The notes under the pieces were generated by a model that saw only the letters and a list, made by a program, of their open reading frames with translations, had not been told where the DNA came from and did no database searches. Position numbers and translations under genes: made by a program. From assembly GCA_963667035.1 (NCBI GenBank), contig OY762964.1, positions 2,784,001-2,848,000 on the forward strand: 64,000 nucleotides of DNA, given 5' to 3'. This DNA comes from Candidatus Cloacimonadales bacterium (GTDB taxonomy: Bacteria > Cloacimonadota > Cloacimonadia > Cloacimonadales > JAFGVF01). Shown here in pieces: positions 57,459 through 64,000 of the stretch; position 1 is the stretch's first letter; each line of letters opens with the position of its first letter.

Positions 57459-59159
57459 TTAGAAATCAAAAATGAAATTGATATTTCTTTTTTGTTTCTT
57501 AGCTTTTATTTTCTCTATCTTTAACTGTTCTTTTTCTTTTTCGTGATCAAGAACCATTTGCATAGTTTCTTTCTGATAATCAAGTTTAGCTTTTTCAAGT
57601 TCAAGTTGACGCTTCTTTTCTCTTTCGGCAAAAGCAGCTTCTCTTCGAGCTGTTGCTGCAGCTGCGAGTTCCTTTCTTATTTTAGAAATCATCTGGGCAG
57701 CTTCTTTAATTTCGGAATCTCCATGAGTAACTGTTGTTAAAACAGCAAGAGCATCTCTAGGATTACCTGTATTGTAAAGCTTCTTTGCTTCGGTTAATCT
57801 TTCTCTGCTATTAGTAGCAAGAATTTCATCTATATTAGCATCTGCTATCATTTCATCAAACTCACGTTTCTTAACGTTGACTTTATTGTATGATTTGATG
57901 ATGGCGTCTTTTTCATTCTTCTTGCTTAAACCTTTAGCTTCCAGAGTATAATTACCAACAACTTTATTGTTGTATTTTGTACTAAGACTAAGAGAAACTT
58001 CAGTAGTTACCATGGTTTGCATGGCTCCTGCACCTTCTATTTCCTTAGTATCAATAACATCAACAATACCTTCCAGTTTTAAAGGTGATTTATCATTTAA
58101 GACATAACCAAGTTTAGTTAGTCCTTTAGATACTTTATCAAATACTTTTGGAACCGGTTTTCCTTTGGTGTCTATAACTGAGAGAGTGAAGTTAACAGGT
58201 GCTTGTTGAACAACTTTATAGGAGGCTTTATCTTCAAGTCCTTTTGCTTCTTTTGCATAAGCTCTTGGAATTTGATATAGGTTGATTTTTCCTCTATATT
58301 CACCGCGTTCTTCATTTCCTAAAGCTTTAAGATATGCCTCATACTTACCATTATCATCAGTATATCCTCTTTCGATTACTTCTTTATTCTGATAAATGGC
58401 GATAGGAATATTAGCTAAAGGAACTCTATCACTGTTTTGTTTTGTAGTTACTTCAAAAACAATAGGATTTAAAAGCATTGAACCTGACTTTGCTACCTGA
58501 TTGTCACCATCAACAACCTTAATATCAAGACTGGCTACTAAGTTTCTAATTTCACTATCAACGATAGGGAAAGTTATTGTTTTGTCCAAATTATATGTTG
58601 AAGAAGATAGATTATCATAAAGAGATTTCTTAGAATAGAAAACTGTTAGCATCTGTTCACAGCTGACATAATCCTCGATAGCAACAACAAGATTTCCCTC
58701 TTGAACGGCATTCTGAGCATTGTTATAAAGAGATGTTATTGATTCCCATAATGGATCAAGTTCTTCTTTCATTGCGTTGAGCAATTTATTCTTTTCAAGA
58801 ACAACTAAAATATAGTGTAAATTACCTTCTTGATCTCTTCTAACTATTTCAGCACCTCTGAGGTTACCTTCAACAGTTACTTCACTAGCACGTGACATTA
58901 CTTCAGAAAAGAATTCGTCGTTATCAACTTGTAAACTGGTGGTCAATACTGAAATTTGGTCTTTTACAGTTGTTTCCATTTGACCGGCAATGTTAGAAAA
59001 AGCATCCATTCTTGCTTCTTCGTGGGTAGAGCCAACACCACCACCAACGTAATAAGCATTTTGAGGATAGCCAGCAGCTTGGGGATTATCATACCAAGTT
59101 GGTGCTGCAAACAGCATTGCTATCCCGCAAAGCAATAAGAAAAGGGTAAGTTTCTTCAT
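57459..59159 (-). CDS. Secreted protein with LPP20-like N-domain, Ig-like domain and C-terminal charged coiled coil
   Basis: Signal peptide; PTWY...YYVGGGVG...EARMDAFSNIAGQ; GDNQ...PIVF...TDDNG; E/K-rich tail. Confidence 0.65.
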   Translation of the reverse strand: MKKLTLFLLLCGIAMLFAAPTWYDNPQAAGYPQNAYYVGGGVGSTHEEARMDAFSNIAGQMETTVKDQISVLTTSLQVDNDEFFSEVMSRASEVTVEGNLRGAEIVRRDQEGNLHYILVVLEKNKLLNAMKEELDPLWESITSLYNNAQNAVQEGNLVVAIEDYVSCEQMLTVFYSKKSLYDNLSSSTYNLDKTITFPIVDSEIRNLVASLDIKVVDGDNQVAKSGSMLLNPIVFEVTTKQNSDRVPLANIPIAIYQNKEVIERGYTDDNGKYEAYLKALGNEERGEYRGKINLYQIPRAYAKEAKGLEDKASYKVVQQAPVNFTLSVIDTKGKPVPKVFDKVSKGLTKLGYVLNDKSPLKLEGIVDVIDTKEIEGAGAMQTMVTTEVSLSLSTKYNNKVVGNYTLEAKGLSKKNEKDAIIKSYNKVNVKKREFDEMIADANIDEILATNSRERLTEAKKLYNTGNPRDALAVLTTVTHGDSEIKEAAQMISKIRKELAAAATARREAAFAEREKKRQLELEKAKLDYQKETMQMVLDHEKEKEQLKIEKIKAKKQKRNINFIFDF

Positions 59160-59174
59160 TAAAAACCCCTTTGT

Positions 59175-60452
59175 TTATTCATAAACAACTTTGAGAAGTA
59201 TAAGCTTACGATTTATGTTTACTCTTTTCAAACCTCCGTCAAGACCTGCTTTTTTGAAAGCTTTCTTAATTGCACGGTATACTTGGCTTGATTTATCATA
59301 TTCACTTGCATCAGCCCAAATAAGGTAGTCAATAGTCTGATTTGTAACGATATTCTCTTTTGATTTCTTAGCCATTTCATCAACTGCATCCATGAAAGCA
59401 AACTGAATTTCTTCTATTTCATCTTCATCAAAACCGGTGTCTATTGCCACAACTATTTTATACTGAACACCCTTGTTGAGATCTTCTTTCCAGTAATTAT
59501 TAATTCTGTTAAGAACATTGGCTATAGGCTGACTTAAAGCTTCTTCAATAGAAACCATGATGTCACCCTTGCGTTCTCTTGAATAACCTGTTTCAGTACC
59601 AAGTAAACGACCTGTAGTTGTTTCATAGGCTCTAACTTGTACAGCAAACTTCTGAGCACCGTAACCGGCATCTTCAACTGATCCACTATAAGTAATATAT
59701 ACATCTGAACCAATAGATAAAGCTAACTGGTATGCATAATCTTCTTCTTGTCCGCCTAAATCCATCTGAGCTTCATTAAGCTGATTGATTTGGTCCATCT
59801 GTTCAGGAACAGACACTTCATATTGACGAGCAGTAAGATAACTTTCAATAACTGAAGCAGAATGTTTTACAGTAGGGTCATTTCTAAGCATTTCTACAGG
59901 ATTTTGACCTTTTGTTGTTGCAGGAAGAACCATGATTATCGGGTTACCGACGGAGTCTGCAAGTTCGCTTCTACTTGCAACTACGCCTTTAGCAGCTAAG
60001 TTTTGTTTTAACAAACCAACGTTTACTTTGTAAGCTTTAGTAATCTTACGGCCCTTTCCATTATCCATTGAAACGCTTTTAAGCATTTTGGGAGATTCCC
60101 AAGCTATGTATTTTGTAACATTTGCATTTGATAAGAAATCTTCTACGACTGCATCGAATTTTGCTCTTTCATCTGCATTGGAAAGAAGAGGATCCGTTCC
60201 GCCAGTTAATACAAAATAAACAGCAGATTTTCTTCCATCTTCAAGAGCCTTTGTTACACCGTTTTTCTCAACATCTTTTTTAGCTTTTCTGTCACTGGAT
60301 TCACTTGATTTGTAAATACCACTTGCTTGAACCATAACTTCTGAAGAAGATATTTGCTCAACCATTGTAGCTTCCTTACAAACCGGAATTCCGGCCCATA
60401 AACTAAGGGACATTAAGGCTGCTAATAACACAGCTAAAATTACTTTTTTCAT
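59175..60452 (-). CDS. Secreted DUF6175 / FlgT-CsgG-like domain protein
   Basis: Signal peptide; PIIMVLP...IESYL...SDVYI...VRAYETTTGRLLG; family assigned by motif resemblance only. Confidence 0.5.
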   Translation of the reverse strand: MKKVILAVLLAALMSLSLWAGIPVCKEATMVEQISSSEVMVQASGIYKSSESSDRKAKKDVEKNGVTKALEDGRKSAVYFVLTGGTDPLLSNADERAKFDAVVEDFLSNANVTKYIAWESPKMLKSVSMDNGKGRKITKAYKVNVGLLKQNLAAKGVVASRSELADSVGNPIIMVLPATTKGQNPVEMLRNDPTVKHSASVIESYLTARQYEVSVPEQMDQINQLNEAQMDLGGQEEDYAYQLALSIGSDVYITYSGSVEDAGYGAQKFAVQVRAYETTTGRLLGTETGYSRERKGDIMVSIEEALSQPIANVLNRINNYWKEDLNKGVQYKIVVAIDTGFDEDEIEEIQFAFMDAVDEMAKKSKENIVTNQTIDYLIWADASEYDKSSQVYRAIKKAFKKAGLDGGLKRVNINRKLILLKVVYE

Positions 60453-60811
60453 TTATAACCTCCATTGATATATACAGACAGTGTTAATTTACTCTTATAA
60501 GTATTAATAATAGTTTTTGTCAAGCTTTCTATAACGCATTGGATATGCTCTATATTTATGATATTGCAAATGAAAAAGTAAAGTATCCCTTCTTGTATAT
60601 AAAATTTGAGGTATTCCGGATATATTATTTGCGGTATCGCAAAAGCTATTCGGTTTTTAATCACACATTTTGAGTTAATTACCTCAATTGAATATTTTGA
60701 CCGTAAGTATAATCATTCTCTAATTCTTACTTCTACATTAATGCTAAATTGTAATTGACGCTTTTCCACAATATGGGAGATTAATCCGATAAAAATTGTT
60801 TCGGAGGTTAT

Positions 60812-62050
60812 ATGCGAGAGATTAGAAAGCTGGCAAAAGAGCAAATTCGTGAAGTTTTAGAAATAGTTAGCAGGGCTTATCCGACGATTGATTTAAGCTC
60901 TGAACAGAAGATAGAAGATTTTGAAAGAAGAGTTCTGGAAGGTTTTGATATAATCTCTCGTGAATGGTTTGGTTTGTTTGAAGATGACGTATTGTTAGGT
61001 AACATGGTACTATATGATTTCACGATTAACTATTATGGTAAAGATATTAAGGGATGTGGGATTGGTTTTGTTGCTGTCGATTTTCTGCATAAAAAGCAGA
61101 AGATTTGTAGAGACATGCTTCAGTTCTATTTAAAGCTATCAAAAGAGAGAGGATATCCACTTGCTCTTCTTTATTCATTTCGTCCTGATTTCTATAAGAA
61201 AATGGGCTTCGGTTACGGCACTTCATGTTTCAACTATGTAACTTGTCCGGATAGATTACCTAAAACAGATAAGAATTACCCATTCAGATATTTAAGAATT
61301 AGTGATTTGGAGTTAATCAAAAGTTTCTATGGTAATCTCTATAAAGATAATCATGGTATGATAGTCAAGAATCCCAAAGAGATAGAGACTATGTTAAAAA
61401 CACCAGGTATCACGGTTGTCGGTTATGAAGAGAACGGGATTCTATTATCTTTATTATCTTTCAGTATGCATGAAATTCACGGAACCAACGAAACTTCCAA
61501 TATGGATTTAGAGATGCTATTCATAAACTCAAAAGGATTGAAAGCTTCTTTGAATTTTCTTCGCAATCAAGCCGATCAGGTAAGTAAGATTGCTTTCTCC
61601 ACGCCATTTAAGAGCTTCTATTTTAACATGGAAGATATTAGGCACATGGATAAAAGAATCCTTAGAGAACCAGGTTTCCATCATACATTTGATTCGGGTA
61701 TGGGAATAATGTATAGAGCTTTAGACCCTGTTAACTTAATCATCAACAGACCTGTTGAAATAGATAACATTAAGATACGTTTTCTACTTACGGATAGTTT
61801 CATGCCTGAGAATGAAACCGATTTTATAATCTGTTGGAATGATAACAACCCTTCATTATCAAAAGATTCCAATTATGAGCTTGAGTTAAAGATGGATATA
61901 TCGGATTTCTCATCATGGATTATGAATTCAATAGATATCTCGACAATGCATCAATACGGTCTGGTAGAAATATCAGACGAAACATATCTCGACACTTTAA
62001 TTAAAGCTTTCTTTTATAAACAACAACCGATCTGTTTACAGAGATTTTAA
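60812..62050 (+). CDS. Eis-like GNAT acetyltransferase with SCP2-like C-terminus
   Basis: GIGFVAVDFLHKKQ, LYSFRPDFYKKMGFG, MYRALD and terminal F; GGAGG SD. Confidence 0.87.
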   Translation: MREIRKLAKEQIREVLEIVSRAYPTIDLSSEQKIEDFERRVLEGFDIISREWFGLFEDDVLLGNMVLYDFTINYYGKDIKGCGIGFVAVDFLHKKQKICRDMLQFYLKLSKERGYPLALLYSFRPDFYKKMGFGYGTSCFNYVTCPDRLPKTDKNYPFRYLRISDLELIKSFYGNLYKDNHGMIVKNPKEIETMLKTPGITVVGYEENGILLSLLSFSMHEIHGTNETSNMDLEMLFINSKGLKASLNFLRNQADQVSKIAFSTPFKSFYFNMEDIRHMDKRILREPGFHHTFDSGMGIMYRALDPVNLIINRPVEIDNIKIRFLLTDSFMPENETDFIICWNDNNPSLSKDSNYELELKMDISDFSSWIMNSIDISTMHQYGLVEISDETYLDTLIKAFFYKQQPICLQRF

Positions 62051-62056
62051 AACTGC

Positions 62057-63160
62057 TTAATCACCTAAACAAATACCAATTTTACGAGCAGTATTAACAA
62101 GATATGAGTTAACATCTATTATGTTATACTGCTCAATTGCGTCCTTAATAGGAACATCAATCAAGTCGGGATGTCTGTAAGCAACCATGTGTCCGAATTT
62201 TCCTTCTTTTGCAAGTTCGAACGCTTTAACACCATATTGAGTAGCAAGAATTCTATCAAACGGATTAGGTGTTCCTCCTCTTTGTAAATGACCGAGGATT
62301 GTTTCTCTAATCTCATAATCATAGCCTGCAGTTTTTATTCTATGGCTAAGTTCGAGAGCTGCTCCAGCAAGTTTAACTTCATGTCTTCCGAATTCCACAT
62401 CTTTATCAATTGATAATGTGCCGTCTTTTGCAACAGCTCCTTCGGCAACAATGATATTCGCAAATCTTTTCTTACTATTCATTCTTTTGTGAATTTTAGC
62501 TATTACCTTGTTAACGTCATAGGGGATTTCCGGGATTAAACAGACTTCTGCTCCACCTGCTACTGCAGCACTAAGGGCTATCCATCCGGCATACCTTCCC
62601 ATAACTTCCATTATTTGAACTCGATGATGACTTGCGGCTGTAGTAACTAGTTTATCAAGTGCATCGGTTGCAGTTTCAACTGCCGTTTGATAGCCAAAAG
62701 TGTAATCTGTACTACATAAGTCGTTATCAATTGTTTTAGGAACTCCAATAACAGGGCAACCCTTCTCAAACAGTTTTTGAGAGATGCGTTGTGAGCCATC
62801 TCCACCTATGCTTATAACAGCATCGATGTTTTGCATTTGAATTTTACGAATAAGTTCATCGGATCTATCGACAGTATCCCATGAACCGTCTGCTTTCTTC
62901 ACAGGCCAGGCAAATGGACCGCCTTTATTGGTTGAACCGATTATCGTACCGCCTTGAACATGAATTCCGGCAACTTTCCGAGGAGTTAATTCTACTAATT
63001 CCATTGGCTCAAGTAACAATCCGTTAAATGCATCTATACTTCCGAGAACTTCCCATTCATTATCAGGGTCTAAATAAGCGCTTTTAACAATAGCTCTAAT
63101 TACAGCATTCAATCCGGGACAATCACCACCACCGGTTGCTATCAGTATTCTTTTTTTCAT
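62057..63160 (-). CDS. pfkA: ATP-dependent 6-phosphofructokinase
   Basis: TGGGDCPGLN, GGDGS, PKTIDND, EVMGR and LGHLQRGG; start at ATG 63160 with AGGAGG SD. Confidence 0.95.
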   Translation of the reverse strand: MKKRILIATGGGDCPGLNAVIRAIVKSAYLDPDNEWEVLGSIDAFNGLLLEPMELVELTPRKVAGIHVQGGTIIGSTNKGGPFAWPVKKADGSWDTVDRSDELIRKIQMQNIDAVISIGGDGSQRISQKLFEKGCPVIGVPKTIDNDLCSTDYTFGYQTAVETATDALDKLVTTAASHHRVQIMEVMGRYAGWIALSAAVAGGAEVCLIPEIPYDVNKVIAKIHKRMNSKKRFANIIVAEGAVAKDGTLSIDKDVEFGRHEVKLAGAALELSHRIKTAGYDYEIRETILGHLQRGGTPNPFDRILATQYGVKAFELAKEGKFGHMVAYRHPDLIDVPIKDAIEQYNIIDVNSYLVNTARKIGICLGD

Positions 63161-63341
63161 GCATCCTCCTATGCCGAAATTATTCTTGCTTACCATTAGT
63201 TATTATCCTTTAGAAACAAGCAAGCTTAATTATAACAGATTCCCATAGGGGGTAGATAATTCAAACTTTTAATCAGATACTACCTGAAGATAGTTTGGGT
63301 ATAAGCAATGATTATTGAATCTACATACCTCTCATATTCTA

Positions 63342-64000
63342 TCAGCGTACGAAATCATATATCTTAACAAAATCAAAATGCACCATCCAGTCAAAGAAAT
63401 CTTGATGATAATTGATATTATCCCAATATTCTCGAGACCAATTTGCTTCGAAAGCAACAATATCTTTGGCACTAATTTTCAGTCCGAATCCATTTGTTTC
63501 ATTTGAAACATGACCATCATGATTAGAATAGTGTCCATGCCTATAGAAAAAAGTGTTAAGTAAACCGATTTCTCCACCGTGTCCGAAGATTCTGGAGTTT
63601 TCATCTTCCCAATGTTCATTGCCATAAGAGTAACTAATTGAGACTAAAGTCGGAAACCATTCAGCAATTGGTTTGGTTAAGGAGATTGCTTTTGTCGGGT
63701 ATGATCCATATACACCGAAACCATATTTAAGATATTCGGGTAGCCTCTCTTCATCCCCTTGACCTGAAGAAATACTTCTTCTCCCAATATTTTTGTACGT
63801 GAGACCCAAACTTGTTTCTATTTTATAATCCTTCCAACCATAATAATCGCTTAAGCGATATTTAAGCATTGTTCCGATATCCCATCGTGAAGATTTATAA
63901 GAGCCAAGTGATATGTTTGAATGAACATCAATCCATGTAATTCCCAAACTATAATCGAGGCTGTTTAAGAAAGAATTATCATCTATAGACATATATTGTG
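63342..64000 (-). CDS. 3' part of a PorV/FadL-like outer-membrane beta-barrel (5' end outside the window)
   Basis: Frame open to the window edge; WDIGTM, SLGLTYKNIG, LPEYLKYG, GGEIG...YRHG and GFGLK strand pattern. Confidence 0.6.
   Translation of the reverse strand, partial: QYMSIDDNSFLNSLDYSLGITWIDVHSNISLGSYKSSRWDIGTMLKYRLSDYYGWKDYKIETSLGLTYKNIGRRSISSGQGDEERLPEYLKYGFGVYGSYPTKAISLTKPIAEWFPTLVSISYSYGNEHWEDENSRIFGHGGEIGLLNTFFYRHGHYSNHDGHVSNETNGFGLKISAKDIVAFEANWSREYWDNINYHQDFFDWMVHFDFVKIYDFVR

Noticed and set aside
2208..63506. Numerous 60-150 aa antisense or overlapping ORFs in the track (for example 14616-14978, 18459-18827, 31045-31422, 48657-49103)
   Set aside because: They are shadows of well-supported genes, with no motifs or SD sequences
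1..64000. tRNA, rRNA, IS/transposase and prophage genes
   Set aside because: None recognised by eye; tRNAscan-SE, Infernal and ISEScan would be needed to exclude them fully

Overview
A low-GC bacterial chromosomal window that spans the replication origin. It carries dnaA (38125-39459) with DnaA-box clusters on both sides, a B. subtilis-like basal unwinding element with DnaA-trios at about 39677-39730, and two parS palindromes at 47943 and 54863. The FlgD/T9SS-type C-terminal sorting domains, PorV-like barrels and gene content suggest an FCB-group diderm, most likely Cloacimonadota; this is an inference. Right of the origin is mostly housekeeping: PPIases/surA, pgpA, yajC, def, fmt, htrA, radC, purE, lptE, rluB, ychF, ftsK, lolA, manC, queD, engB and pfkA. 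Left of it is an envelope and accessory region. The standout is a roughly 14 kb divergent locus at 8335-22587. One arm encodes a single-chain FliF(RBM3 ring)-FliG(M+C rotor) fusion that keeps the torque-helix charges, a MotA/MotB stator, an ExeA-type AAA ATPase and a Wzc / SLBB-LCP / Wza export set without sugar-synthesis genes. The other arm encodes a 1553-aa FG-GAP/Ig-stalk protein with a type-B (SprB-like) sorting domain and a PorV/SprF-like barrel with a TPR tail. No filament, hook, export-gate or chemotaxis genes occur in the window, so this is a candidate flagellum-independent rotary motor linked to adhesin display or polysaccharide export. All calls come from manual motif reading; no database searches were run.
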